The notes under the pieces are model-generated. The model searched no databases. It was not told the origin of the DNA and saw nothing but the letters and a program-made list of their open reading frames with translations. Positions 49,130-59,203 of a DNA stretch of 64,000 nucleotides are shown in pieces. The stretch covers positions 53,598-117,597 of IMG/VR virus record IMGVR_UViG_3300040856_002888, one strand, 5' to 3'. How positions within the stretch are numbered: position 1 is the stretch's first letter; the number at the start of each line of letters is the position of its first letter. Position numbers and translations under genes: made by a program. This DNA comes from a virus. Its lineage: Duplodnaviria > Caudoviricetes.

Positions 49130-49500
49130 GTATAAAAGACATTCCTGAAGAAATATTAAATGAATTACGATTTCAAGCTGAAACTGTATTTCGTTTAGCA
49201 TTATATAAACGTCCAGAGTTTAATTTTTTACCTTCTTTGGGAATACGTCATATATTTGAAACACTAATGGATAAAGAATATGGTTTTATTGGTATACTTT
49301 ATCTTAAATATAAAGTTGATGTAGATTATAGTCCTTATTGGAAATCTTATTGGTTTGATAAAGCGACTGAAGTAATACAACTAGCTGAAAACTTGCAAGA
49401 CAAAAAAATTGTGAACGAAGATAAAATTGTAGATTATCAGCAACATTACATTGATATGGTATATGGTAGGAAAAACACAGGAATTATTTTATTGAGTTAA
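49126..49500 (+). CDS. Hypothetical protein
   Basis: Coupled ORF. Confidence 0.5.
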   Translation: MSIKDIPEEILNELRFQAETVFRLALYKRPEFNFLPSLGIRHIFETLMDKEYGFIGILYLKYKVDVDYSPYWKSYWFDKATEVIQLAENLQDKKIVNEDKIVDYQQHYIDMVYGRKNTGIILLS

Positions 49501-49501
49501 T

Positions 49502-50221
49502 ATGCACATAATGCTTACAGGCCATAGAGGCTTTATCGGAACTGAGTTATTAAAAAGACTCACAAAAAATCATAGTGTAGTAGGATTTGATCTTGTTGAC
49601 GGACAAGATTTACTCACTGTGCCTTTAAAAGAAAAATTTGATTTAATTTTGCATTTAGCCGGTGTTGCTGGATTAAGAGAAAGTTTTGAGGATCCTAAAA
49701 GCCATTGGTACAATAATGTAGAAGTTATGAAACGACTGCTTAGTATATACGGTGATAACACAAGATTTATTTACGCAAGTTCTAGTTCGGCTGCTGAACC
49801 AGAATTAAATCCTTATGGGGCTAGTAAATTTTTAATGGAAATTGCAGCCGCAAAATATACAAATACACTAGGAATGCGTTTTTGCACTGTTTATTCAGAA
49901 ACTCCTCGAGAAGGAATGTTTTTGCAAAAGCTTATAGATGGAGAATTAACTTATGTAACAAATCACTATAGAGATTTTATTCATATAGATGATTTATGCG
50001 ATGCAATTGAATTACTAATAGAAAGTAATTATACTGACATTGTAGATATAGGAACAGGTGATCCTGTGTTAGTTGCAGATCTGGCTCCTAATTATCCTTT
50101 GAACTTAGATACTCCAGGCGAACGTGCAGAAACTTGTGCAGATACATTAAGGATGGCACAATTAGGATTTAAACCAAATTATGATATTAGAGAGTTTATA
50201 AAAACTTTACCAATTAAATGA
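49502..50221 (+). CDS. NAD-dependent epimerase/dehydratase
   Basis: TGHRGFIG, HLAG, YASSS, YGASK, RDFIHIDD. Confidence 0.9.
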   Translation: MHIMLTGHRGFIGTELLKRLTKNHSVVGFDLVDGQDLLTVPLKEKFDLILHLAGVAGLRESFEDPKSHWYNNVEVMKRLLSIYGDNTRFIYASSSSAAEPELNPYGASKFLMEIAAAKYTNTLGMRFCTVYSETPREGMFLQKLIDGELTYVTNHYRDFIHIDDLCDAIELLIESNYTDIVDIGTGDPVLVADLAPNYPLNLDTPGERAETCADTLRMAQLGFKPNYDIREFIKTLPIK

Positions 50222-51633
50222 GGAAAAAAGTACTATTAATAAATCTGCCAGGCATCTCTTCTGTAGCACCTCCTATTTCTCTCGCTACCCTTAAAGGAGC
50301 AATTAAACCGTACCATGATGTAACGTGTTTTGATCTAAATTTATATGTTAATAAGGCAATAAATATCAACGAAGATTTTGGATCATTTCACAATGATAAT
50401 AAAATGCAGAAAATTCAATTTTGTATTGAAAATTTTTTGCTACGAAATAAAATAGGAATGGTTCATTATGATGTTATTGGCATTTCTATTTTATCACAAT
50501 GGCAAGAAAAACTAGCGCACTTAACAATAACATTAATTAAAAAATATAAAAATTCTAAAATTGTTACAGGCGGTCCATACTTTGTCTATTCAAATTCCCA
50601 AAACTTTGATCTAGATTTCTACAAAAAAAATGTAGATGCATACATTGTCGGAGACGGAGAAATTTCATTTAAAGAATATTTAAATGACAATTTTACGTAT
50701 CCAGGCGTAAATTCGTACAAATACGATATTAAATTTGATCGTAATAGTATGCCATTTCCAGATTATGACGATTTTAATATTAGAGAGTATACCGAATTCA
50801 ATGTCGCACAATCAAAAGGTTGCGTAAGAAAATGTGCTTTTTGTACTGTTCCTGCTGTATGGCCAAAATATGTCTATAAAGAATCAAATAGAATGGTGCA
50901 GGAAATAATTTTTTTATATAAAAACTACCTTCATCAATTACCTGGCGAAAGTAAAAAAATCCAATTTGTAGATAGCCTAATAAATGGTAGCAAGAAACTG
51001 CTAATTGAAACATCAACACAACTCATAAGATATTTTGGCAAAAACCATAATAAATTCTATTACGGAGGTCAAGCTATTGCCACTTCTAAAAATCACATAC
51101 CTTTTGAAGCATACCAACTTGCTGCCCAAGCCGGATTACGATATTTAATAACAGGTGTAGAATGCGGTAGTGAAAAAGTAAGATGGGAAATGAATAAGCG
51201 TTTCACAGACGATGATTTAGTAAATCTTTTAGAAATCTGTAAAAGCTGTAATATTAAATTTGTTCCGCTGATGCTAATAGGATTTCCTACTGAAACCGAA
51301 GAAGATTTCCAAAAAACTTTGGATTTACTAGAAATTTTTGCTAAGTATGGTATTAATTGGATCACGCCACGAAATACTTCGCTAATGAGTCTAGGACCCA
51401 ATATGGCTATTACAATTGATCCTAAAAAATATAAGATTGAAGCAGTACACAACAATTGGCACTGGTCTAGTGAATTTCACGATTTAGAAGAAAGAGTTAA
51501 TCGGGCATACCGTTATGCAAAAAAAGCACAAGAATTAGGATTGTCATCGTTATGCCCAGATGAATTTGTAAAAAATTGTATACCTAATTTAGATGATATT
51601 TATAAACAAAAAGGATTTTCTTTAGTAAATTAA
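50218..51633 (+). CDS. B12-binding-domain radical SAM enzyme
   Basis: SKGCVRKCAFC (CxxxCxxC), GGP, GDGE, GVECGS, GFPTETEEDF. Confidence 0.88.
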   Translation: MRKKVLLINLPGISSVAPPISLATLKGAIKPYHDVTCFDLNLYVNKAININEDFGSFHNDNKMQKIQFCIENFLLRNKIGMVHYDVIGISILSQWQEKLAHLTITLIKKYKNSKIVTGGPYFVYSNSQNFDLDFYKKNVDAYIVGDGEISFKEYLNDNFTYPGVNSYKYDIKFDRNSMPFPDYDDFNIREYTEFNVAQSKGCVRKCAFCTVPAVWPKYVYKESNRMVQEIIFLYKNYLHQLPGESKKIQFVDSLINGSKKLLIETSTQLIRYFGKNHNKFYYGGQAIATSKNHIPFEAYQLAAQAGLRYLITGVECGSEKVRWEMNKRFTDDDLVNLLEICKSCNIKFVPLMLIGFPTETEEDFQKTLDLLEIFAKYGINWITPRNTSLMSLGPNMAITIDPKKYKIEAVHNNWHWSSEFHDLEERVNRAYRYAKKAQELGLSSLCPDEFVKNCIPNLDDIYKQKGFSLVN

Positions 51634-51636
51634 TTC

Positions 51637-51664
51637 TTGACATTTTTTCCTATACTGCTATAAT
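51637..51664 (+). promoter_or_regulatory. sigma70-type promoter
   Basis: TTGACA-16 nt-TATAAT with TG. Confidence 0.75.
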
Positions 51665-51701
51665 AAGTATTAGTTGAAACACACAACCCAAGGAGATAAC
51701 T

Positions 51702-53006
51702 ATGGCTATTGCAAAAAAGAAGCGAAATGTAAGAAATGCTGGTATCGCAGCAAAATCTGCTGTAAGAAATAAAAATTTAGAGCCCATTTGGACAGGCTGG
51801 GAGCAGATGACAGGCGAACAATTTTTCAAGCACAAGCAATCTAGCATCCGTTATTACTACACTACTTTTAAATTAGCTGATCTCCTTGCTAATGTGTATA
51901 GTTGGATGAAGGAAAATGATTACAGTAAAGAGGATATCCGTGCTGCAAAGGCTGCTAGCTCAGGTATTATCACTGCTACTGCTGCAATCCACGCTCGTAT
52001 GCTCTCAAATGGTATGCCTGATTTTAATCAAGAGGAGCAGAATTATTATGAGGAAATGCCCGGACTAGGAGATACAGTTGCTCCGGTTACAGATTATATC
52101 AAAGACCGTGTAAAAATGGCAATCCAAAATGGCAAAATAAATCTTGCTTTGAAAAAAGAAGAGGAGCCCGAAGAAGAAATGCCTGCTGCAAAGCCTTTTG
52201 TTCCTACAATACAAGAACGCATTGCAGAACAAGCTGGTTCAATGAGTGAGGATATTGATGAGTGGTTAGAAAGCTTCTTAGATAACAAGAAAACGTTCAA
52301 TCCAAACGGATTTGACTTTAAGCGGCATTTCACTGCAAAAGGTGTAACACAAGCCCATGCTCGCAAGCTACGCAGATTTTATGATGAACAATTAAATGAT
52401 TTCCGTGAGCTAGAGCAAATGCCTACTGCAGGTAAATTAAAAAAGATGACCGAAGAAGAAATCGACCAGTGGGAACAACTTAAAGAAGCTTATAGTCATT
52501 TTTCTAAGAATGATATTAAAAAGTACACAAGTGCAATTGTAGGTGTAATTGAGGCACTAGATTTTGTAATCGAAGCTAGTAAAGCGCAACGCAAACCTCG
52601 CAAAGCAAAGCCTAAGAGTGCTACAAAATTAGTAGAAAAATTAAAGTATTGTGTAACCGACGACAAATATCAAACTGCAAGTGTTGCACCGGAGCTTATA
52701 ATTGGTGCAGCAGAGCTATGGGTATTTAACACAAAAACCCGTAAGTTAGGAAAATATGTAGCAGAGAATGTCGATCCTACAGGACAAAGAGCAGACAGTG
52801 GACTTAGTGTAAAAGGAACAAGTATTATTGGATTCGATGCACATAAGAGTTTACAGAAGACCCTACGAAAACCAGCTGAGCAACTAAAAGAATTTAAAAA
52901 AGCAGGTAAGGTAGCACTTAGGAAATTTTTAGAAGATATTCCAACTACTGAAACCCTGCTGAACGGACGTTTGAATGATACTACTGTATTACTCAAAGTA
53001 AATTGA
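51702..53006 (+). CDS. Conserved large-phage hypothetical protein
   Basis: SD AAGGAG; LWVFNTKTRKL, VKGTSI.GFD, KTLRKP, NGRLN. Confidence 0.7.
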   Translation: MAIAKKKRNVRNAGIAAKSAVRNKNLEPIWTGWEQMTGEQFFKHKQSSIRYYYTTFKLADLLANVYSWMKENDYSKEDIRAAKAASSGIITATAAIHARMLSNGMPDFNQEEQNYYEEMPGLGDTVAPVTDYIKDRVKMAIQNGKINLALKKEEEPEEEMPAAKPFVPTIQERIAEQAGSMSEDIDEWLESFLDNKKTFNPNGFDFKRHFTAKGVTQAHARKLRRFYDEQLNDFRELEQMPTAGKLKKMTEEEIDQWEQLKEAYSHFSKNDIKKYTSAIVGVIEALDFVIEASKAQRKPRKAKPKSATKLVEKLKYCVTDDKYQTASVAPELIIGAAELWVFNTKTRKLGKYVAENVDPTGQRADSGLSVKGTSIIGFDAHKSLQKTLRKPAEQLKEFKKAGKVALRKFLEDIPTTETLLNGRLNDTTVLLKVN

Positions 53007-53017
53007 TAAATATTTGC

Positions 53018-54136
53018 ATGGAAGCAAATATAAGAACTATCCGTGAAGGATTGAAATTAATAGCAGATGTTATAGAAGAAGTAGATAATAAACCTAAAAG
53101 AAAAATATCCTATAGAGAATTATCAGGCGATCATATCAGTGGAGGCAAAATTACACAATTTAGCTCTACTGGTATTGTTGATAAAGCCTCACGTGGTATT
53201 TTAGAGGTGAGTGATAATGGATTAAGGGTTAGATATGCTGATATACAAGAATTAACTTCGCCTTTAAAAGTCCAAGGAAATTTAACAGTTTTTGGTGATG
53301 TATTTTCTGACAAACTTACAGTTAATGGAGAAATTAAAGCAGGTAAACTTACAGTAAACGAACTTACAGCCGATATTAGAATAGAACGTACAGATTCTTT
53401 GCAATTTTTAAACAGCAACGGTAATACATCTGGTATAGGTTTAATATGGAATAATGATAACATTCAGCATAAGTTTCTTTTTCGATCGCCTGATCAATTT
53501 TGGTCTAGCGAAAATATTAGTCTGCCAAAAGATAAAGCTATTATTATTAACAGCAGGGTAGTTTTAAATGAAACTGGATTAGGATCAAAAGTTACCAATA
53601 GTAATTTAGAAGTTTTAGGATGTGTTAAAAATCTAACCACAACTGGATCTTTAAATTTTGATAATCATATTTTTTACAATCACAATTTTAAACGATTAGG
53701 CATTGGAACCGACTCTCCTAATGCAACTTTACATATTTTAGATAAATTTGGCGATTTCAAAATCGATGCAAATACAGGCGGCTTTAGCATTGGAAGCAAC
53801 ACTACTACAGATATTTCTATTGTTACAGATGATACTGCAAGGATACAAATTTCAGCTACAGGAGAAATTGTTCTAAACAAAAAAATCTTTATCAATGGAC
53901 AATTAGGTATTGGCGTTAAAAATGTAAATCCAATGCTTGATTTAGCTACATCACGTCCAATTAGTATACAAAATAAGAAAATAGAAGTTGGCGGACATAT
54001 TCCTTCAGCTGGTATATACAATAGAGGTGATATGGTTTGGAATAGTTGGCCAATGCCAGGAGCATTTGTAGGTTGGATATGCATAGAATCAGGAGAGCCC
54101 GGTAAATGGAAACCTTTTGGACAGATACAAAATTAA
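53018..54136 (+). CDS. Tail-fibre/structural-like protein
   Basis: Late motif; RLGIGTDSP, GQLGIG repeats; GD.VWN..P..G..VGW.C...G.PG.W..FG C-terminus. Confidence 0.65.
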   Translation: MEANIRTIREGLKLIADVIEEVDNKPKRKISYRELSGDHISGGKITQFSSTGIVDKASRGILEVSDNGLRVRYADIQELTSPLKVQGNLTVFGDVFSDKLTVNGEIKAGKLTVNELTADIRIERTDSLQFLNSNGNTSGIGLIWNNDNIQHKFLFRSPDQFWSSENISLPKDKAIIINSRVVLNETGLGSKVTNSNLEVLGCVKNLTTTGSLNFDNHIFYNHNFKRLGIGTDSPNATLHILDKFGDFKIDANTGGFSIGSNTTTDISIVTDDTARIQISATGEIVLNKKIFINGQLGIGVKNVNPMLDLATSRPISIQNKKIEVGGHIPSAGIYNRGDMVWNSWPMPGAFVGWICIESGEPGKWKPFGQIQN

Positions 54137-54411
54137 CACAAATTACATTTTGGCAATGGTTTGGCAGGGTAGTTCCTATGATCCTTATTGTTGCCTTTTT
54201 ATCATTTTACATCTATGGCGGTGTAAATCTAATTGGTAACACAATTGCTTTCATCTTAACTGCCTTATCTTTTATACCTATAATTTGGTGGTGGTGGGCT
54301 ATGGATGTAATGAAGTGGCTTTCTAAATTATACGGCGAAACTATTGAGCATCAAACACTGATATTAGAAGAAATTAAAGATATCAAAAAAGAACTTTACA
54401 AACCTGAATAA
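54106..54411 (+). CDS. Two-TM membrane protein (holin-like size)
   Basis: Two hydrophobic segments, WWWW, charged C-terminal tail. Confidence 0.55.
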   Translation: METFWTDTKLTQITFWQWFGRVVPMILIVAFLSFYIYGGVNLIGNTIAFILTALSFIPIIWWWWAMDVMKWLSKLYGETIEHQTLILEEIKDIKKELYKPE

Positions 54412-54441
54412 TATAAGTACAATAAAATTTTAAAGGGTAAC

Positions 54442-54930
54442 ATGGCTAGATATTTTTCGACTAAAACTTATGGCAATGATCGTGGCTTGAGTTGTTGCTT
54501 TAGACAGTGGCGAGCTACACATTCCCATTGCAGTTTATTACATGGTTATTCGATTGGTGTCAAATTAATTTTTGAATGTGAAGAGCTAGATGAACGCAAT
54601 TGGGTAATGGATTTTGGAGGATTAAAGGAATTTAAAAATTGGCTTGAACATATGTTTGATCATACTGTGCTCGTAGCCGAAGATGATCCAAAGCTAGATT
54701 TGTTTAAACAATTAAATAGTATGGACGACGGATACAATGCTAAAGGCATTTGTGATCTTAGGATTGTACCAGGTGTAGGTTGTGAAAAATTTGCAGAACT
54801 TTGTTTTAAGAAAATGGCAGAGCTTTTAGAAGAAGACAAAAAAACCCATCGAGCACTTAATCCTACTGTCCGAGTAAAATCTGTAGAAGTATTTGAACAC
54901 GGAGCTAATAGTGCAATTTACGAAGGCTAG
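54442..54930 (+). CDS. queD: 6-carboxytetrahydropterin synthase (QueD/PTPS)
   Basis: HCSLLHGY, WVMDFG.LK, FDH, E...N.A. Confidence 0.85.
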   Translation: MARYFSTKTYGNDRGLSCCFRQWRATHSHCSLLHGYSIGVKLIFECEELDERNWVMDFGGLKEFKNWLEHMFDHTVLVAEDDPKLDLFKQLNSMDDGYNAKGICDLRIVPGVGCEKFAELCFKKMAELLEEDKKTHRALNPTVRVKSVEVFEHGANSAIYEG

Positions 54931-54935
54931 CCAAA

Positions 54936-55748
54936 ATGGCTAAAGTAGATAAATCTCTCTATTCAAAACAAGAATTTAAGTTAATAAAAGAAGAAAGAAG
55001 AATTGCAAAATTAAAACAAGTTAATAAAGAAAATCGTTGCGGAAACATAGTTAACATTGTATGTTTAAAGCATGGGGTTAAGTATAGTCCAGATTACGTA
55101 AACAAATTGTATTACGGTGTCAAAAATAATCTTACATTGCCATTTAAATTTTATTGTTTAACCGAGAGTTCAAAAAATGTCTGCAGTGATATAAATGTAC
55201 TTCCTTTACCAGAAATTGATATACAAGGCTGGTGGTATAAACCATACGTTTTTTCAAAAGACTTACCTATACAAGGAACAATTTTATACCTAGATTTAGA
55301 TTTAGTCATTACGGGCAATCTAGATAAACTGTTTAGTTTTGCTCCTACTCACTTTTGCATTATAAGAGATTTTAACAGGATTCTACGTCCTAACTATGAT
55401 AGATTTAACAGCAGTGTAATGAGATTCGAGCATGGAAATTTAGATTATTTATGGCAAAAATTTAAAAAAGAATATAAAAGAATTACAAGTAAATTTTTTG
55501 GTGATCAAGACTTTATCTATCATGAAAAAAAAGGTCAGGCACAATATTTTCCCGACCAATGGATCAAAAGTTGGAAATGGGAAATTAGAAAAAGTAGAAA
55601 ATATGCTCCAAACGGAGTTCGTGGAAATAGAAAACTACAAGGCGTAGAAGATGTAGTACCTCCTCGAGACTGTTGTATCGCAGTCTTTCATGGCGATCCA
55701 AACCCGCACTTATGCGATGATCCTTATATTAAACAAACATGGATATAA
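54936..55748 (+). CDS. Glycosyltransferase (GT-A, DxD)
   Basis: CLKHG.KY, GWWYK, YLDLD, NSSVM, GDQ, FHG.PNP. Confidence 0.8.
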   Translation: MAKVDKSLYSKQEFKLIKEERRIAKLKQVNKENRCGNIVNIVCLKHGVKYSPDYVNKLYYGVKNNLTLPFKFYCLTESSKNVCSDINVLPLPEIDIQGWWYKPYVFSKDLPIQGTILYLDLDLVITGNLDKLFSFAPTHFCIIRDFNRILRPNYDRFNSSVMRFEHGNLDYLWQKFKKEYKRITSKFFGDQDFIYHEKKGQAQYFPDQWIKSWKWEIRKSRKYAPNGVRGNRKLQGVEDVVPPRDCCIAVFHGDPNPHLCDDPYIKQTWI

Positions 55749-56827
55749 AAAGAATAGGTTTTGCATGCAAGTATATGCATCCTGACCAAACATTAAAAAA
55801 GCAGCAGTTAGAAGAATGTCAAAGACCACTAAATACGAAATGCACCACTGTTGCGTGGTTGAATAGACAAGAAAGGAACGTAGCAGAACAGCGTCTATGG
55901 GATATTATGGTACATAATATTAAATCCTTAGAACTCCTTATCCGCTACGTAGGAGGTTTACCAGATGAATTACGAATGGTTAGGCTTGGTAGTGATATAC
56001 TGCCTGTATATACCCAGCCCGATTGGAGTTATTATTGGCGGAACGCTAATGTACAAAACTATGCAGAAAATGCACTACGAAAAGTTGGAGAAATCAGTCG
56101 TGCGTATAACATACGCCTATCTATGCATCCTGGCCAGTTTACTGTACTGGCAAGTGATAATGCCGATATTGTTAACAACAGCATAGAGGAATTTGAGTAT
56201 CATGTGGATATCGCACGTTGGTTGGGCTACGGTAAAAGATTCCAAGACTTTAAAATCAACGTACACATTGCAGGTAGACAAGGTCCGGCCGGCATCAAAG
56301 CTGTATTGCCAAGACTATCCCCAGAAGCAAGGAATACCATCACAATCGAGAATGATGAAAACTCGTGGGGTCTTGAAGCAAGCCTCGAACTCGAAAAAGA
56401 TCTCGCACTCGTACTTGATATACACCACCACTGGATTAAAACAGGTGAGTACATCAAACCCACAGATGATAGATATAAACGTGTAGTAGATAGTTGGCGA
56501 GGTTTGCGTCCTACAATACATTATTCCTACAGTCGCAATGAGCATTTACCGGAAAATTTTGCACATGACAATTTTCCAGATATGGAACAATTACTCGCAC
56601 AAGGTTGTAAGAAGCAAAAGCTGCGAGCACATAGTGACTACTATCCGAACCCTGTTGTTAATCAATGGGCTGCTAGCTTTAGAGAAACAGCAGACATCAT
56701 GTGCGAATCCAAATGCAAAAATCTTGCAAGCATTGAATTTTATGAAAGTATAAATGGAAAAAATAATCAAGTTCTTCAAGGAGAGCTATCAGGCAAGTCC
56801 GCTGGCAACATATTGCGAGCTGCTTGA
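55739..56827 (+). CDS. uvsE: UV damage endonuclease UvsE/UVDE
   Basis: IGFACK, RLGSD, RLSMHPGQF, IENDE, LDIHHH, HYS, AHSD, MCESK.KNLA. Confidence 0.92.
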   Translation: MDIKRIGFACKYMHPDQTLKKQQLEECQRPLNTKCTTVAWLNRQERNVAEQRLWDIMVHNIKSLELLIRYVGGLPDELRMVRLGSDILPVYTQPDWSYYWRNANVQNYAENALRKVGEISRAYNIRLSMHPGQFTVLASDNADIVNNSIEEFEYHVDIARWLGYGKRFQDFKINVHIAGRQGPAGIKAVLPRLSPEARNTITIENDENSWGLEASLELEKDLALVLDIHHHWIKTGEYIKPTDDRYKRVVDSWRGLRPTIHYSYSRNEHLPENFAHDNFPDMEQLLAQGCKKQKLRAHSDYYPNPVVNQWAASFRETADIMCESKCKNLASIEFYESINGKNNQVLQGELSGKSAGNILRAA

Positions 56828-57032
56828 AGCATCTTTTTTAATCGTAGCAAGTGCTGTACTTAGTTTTACAATTCTAGACCCTGCTACTACTATCTTTATA
56901 CCACTTTACCTAGTAGGTAGCATACTGGCGGTTATAAGCACTTATATCCGTCGTAGCAGTGCTATAGTCTTATGCCTGTGGTTTACTGCTATGAATGGAT
57001 GGGCTTTTATACAGTTGTTCTTTTTAGGCTAA
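56754..57032 (+). CDS. Small three-TM membrane protein
   Basis: Hydrophobicity pattern. Confidence 0.6.
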   Translation: MEKIIKFFKESYQASPLATYCELLEASFLIVASAVLSFTILDPATTIFIPLYLVGSILAVISTYIRRSSAIVLCLWFTAMNGWAFIQLFFLG

Positions 57033-57061
57033 ATAAAGCAAAGAGCCGGAGCGTAGACCGA

Positions 57062-58480
57062 ATGCTATTAAGACAAATATTTGAACAACAATTAAACGAA
57101 GCACAGTTAAGCGATATTACTATAGGGTTTGAAATTGAATGCGTTATAGACGGAGATATGGTCAAAGTCTATAATGATCTTGCAAAGAAATATAATGTAG
57201 ACGGTGGCAGTGATTCCAGCATACAGCCTAATACTGTCTACGGAAACGAAATTGGAATGGAGTTTAGGATAGGTGCTTTAGCAAAAGGTGGACAGATGGC
57301 TGCTACACCTGCTAACATCATGACCTGTGCAAACTTTGTACATGATATTTTTAAACTTGGCGCTTACACAAATCGAACATGCGGCATGCATGCACATTTT
57401 GGTTTGGGTCCTATCACTAAGATGAGCACAGTTGAATCTAGTTGGGTAGCTGTAATGATGTTACAGAGCCCGTTATTCGAACAACTGTATACCACATACA
57501 AAGGACAAAATCTCTACGACAATGATTATGCTAATGTGCAACGTGTAAAAGACAGCGTAGATGAAATTGTACACATGGCGCAACAGATGAAAGGTGAAGG
57601 TGAAGACAAAGAAGAAATAGTTGAATATCTATTCGACAATTTGTTTAACCGAGACGAGTTTGAAAAATATTCTGCACTTTTTCCACACGGTCAAGGCACA
57701 TTAGAATGGCGTGGGTTGCGTGGAGTACTAAATGATAAACGACAAAACATTAACTATGAAACTATACTAGGGTTTTTTAAACTTGCATTAAGTTTTGCTA
57801 GAACAATTAAAATGATAATGAACAAGTATAATGAGCTTTCTATAGCTGGTGTTAAGATGCGAGACTTACAAGAACACGGTGCCAGCTACGGTATAGAAAA
57901 ACAACAAGAAGTTAAATCAAACGTCATTCCGTTAATAAAAGTTTCAGGTCTTAACAATGGAATGCAAAAGATCTTTATTAACCACTTTTCAAAACAGTTG
58001 CAGCAACCAAAATATAAAAAACAATATTGGGCTAGGGCAAATAGCGTTTTCAAAAACGACTTACGATTTGCTGCGCCTGTTTTAAACTACTTTTATGATA
58101 AATTCAAACAATATGATTTATCAATAAAAGAAGATTATCTTGTGTCAGCAGAATTTCCTATAGTTGCAAAAGAATTTATTAGAAGAGAAGATATTGTTAT
58201 AGATGATATGTGGCGTAAAGGTAGAGACTTTGGAATTCTTTTAAGCTTTGTGTTTAAGCATTGTAATTTTATTGCGAAAGACATATCATTCTTCGAAAAT
58301 CACGGCAGAATGTTTTTCCGTGTTCCTACTATAGACGAAACAAATAAAATAATTATAAAAGACAAAAAAGACGAAGCTAAGTTAGACAAAGCACTTGCAA
58401 TGGTGACACCAAAAAACAAAAGATTTATGGATGTAAGAAGGAATGTTGAAATAGATCCGTCAAAGTTTACTGATATCTAA
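57062..58480 (+). CDS. Amidoligase-2 (COOH-NH2 ligase) family protein (start ATG 57062)
   Basis: IGFEIE, DSSI, E, TNRTCGMHAH, KYSA, TLEWR. Confidence 0.8.
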   Translation: MLLRQIFEQQLNEAQLSDITIGFEIECVIDGDMVKVYNDLAKKYNVDGGSDSSIQPNTVYGNEIGMEFRIGALAKGGQMAATPANIMTCANFVHDIFKLGAYTNRTCGMHAHFGLGPITKMSTVESSWVAVMMLQSPLFEQLYTTYKGQNLYDNDYANVQRVKDSVDEIVHMAQQMKGEGEDKEEIVEYLFDNLFNRDEFEKYSALFPHGQGTLEWRGLRGVLNDKRQNINYETILGFFKLALSFARTIKMIMNKYNELSIAGVKMRDLQEHGASYGIEKQQEVKSNVIPLIKVSGLNNGMQKIFINHFSKQLQQPKYKKQYWARANSVFKNDLRFAAPVLNYFYDKFKQYDLSIKEDYLVSAEFPIVAKEFIRREDIVIDDMWRKGRDFGILLSFVFKHCNFIAKDISFFENHGRMFFRVPTIDETNKIIIKDKKDEAKLDKALAMVTPKNKRFMDVRRNVEIDPSKFTDI

Positions 58481-58747
58481 AGCACTGCTAGCTAGCAAAT
58501 CCCATACTGCTTTCCGTTCTTGACCTTTCCTCTGTGCAAATCTCTTTGCATCACAATTTCCGCAAACATGAAAGACATTATTATTAATCCTTTTAGGATC
58601 CATTTTACCTCTCAGTCTAGTAAAAATTTCGTTACACGAATCGCATCGTAAAACAAGCTCTATACTATGCCTGTAGTAAGTATGCTCTAAGCCAGTCTTA
58701 GATTTCCTTGTATATTTGTTTTTCATCATACGCTGATCTATAAACAT
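58460..58747 (-). CDS. Zn-ribbon small protein (only clear minus-strand gene)
   Basis: CDSC...HVC..C; minus-strand TAAATA at 58753-58758. Confidence 0.7.
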   Translation of the reverse strand: MFIDQRMMKNKYTRKSKTGLEHTYYRHSIELVLRCDSCNEIFTRLRGKMDPKRINNNVFHVCGNCDAKRFAQRKGQERKAVWDLLASSALDISKL

Positions 58748-58809
58748 ATAAGTATTTACTACATTAAGATTATAAAATTAACACATAAATATATTCATAA
58801 GAGGTAAAA

Positions 58810-59184
58810 ATGTCATTTGTAATCATCACTGATAGAGCAAAAGAAAAAATTAATCAGCTATGCGAAGAAAATAATGTATTTGCCATCACACTAAATCTAA
58901 AAGGTGGAGGTTGTGCAGGATATCAATATGACTGGGGAGTTACTGATACTCCGACAAGACATGACGAAGTAATTAATACAGGAGATGGAAATTTAGCAAT
59001 AGGTAAAAAAAGTATGTTGTTCCTAATGGGTACTGAGATAGATTATGTAACAAGTATAGTAGGATCTAATTTTGACATACGAAATCCAAATGCTAAATCC
59101 AGTTGCGGTTGCGGTACAAGTGTAAGCTTTGATGTTAGTACCTTACCAACAGAGAAAAAACCAGTGTTTACGCCAACCTGGTGA
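58810..59184 (+). CDS. A-type Fe-S carrier (IscA/HesB family)
   Basis: GGGCAG..Y, G.EIDY, NPNAKSSCGCGTS. Confidence 0.93.
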   Translation: MSFVIITDRAKEKINQLCEENNVFAITLNLKGGGCAGYQYDWGVTDTPTRHDEVINTGDGNLAIGKKSMLFLMGTEIDYVTSIVGSNFDIRNPNAKSSCGCGTSVSFDVSTLPTEKKPVFTPTW

Positions 59185-59203
59185 TAATATAGGAGAAATA
59201 TAA

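Noticed and set aside
56972-57061. Track's N-terminal extension of the amidoligase
   Set aside because: It overlaps the upstream membrane gene; the late motif at 57030 and a GGAG SD point to ATG 57062
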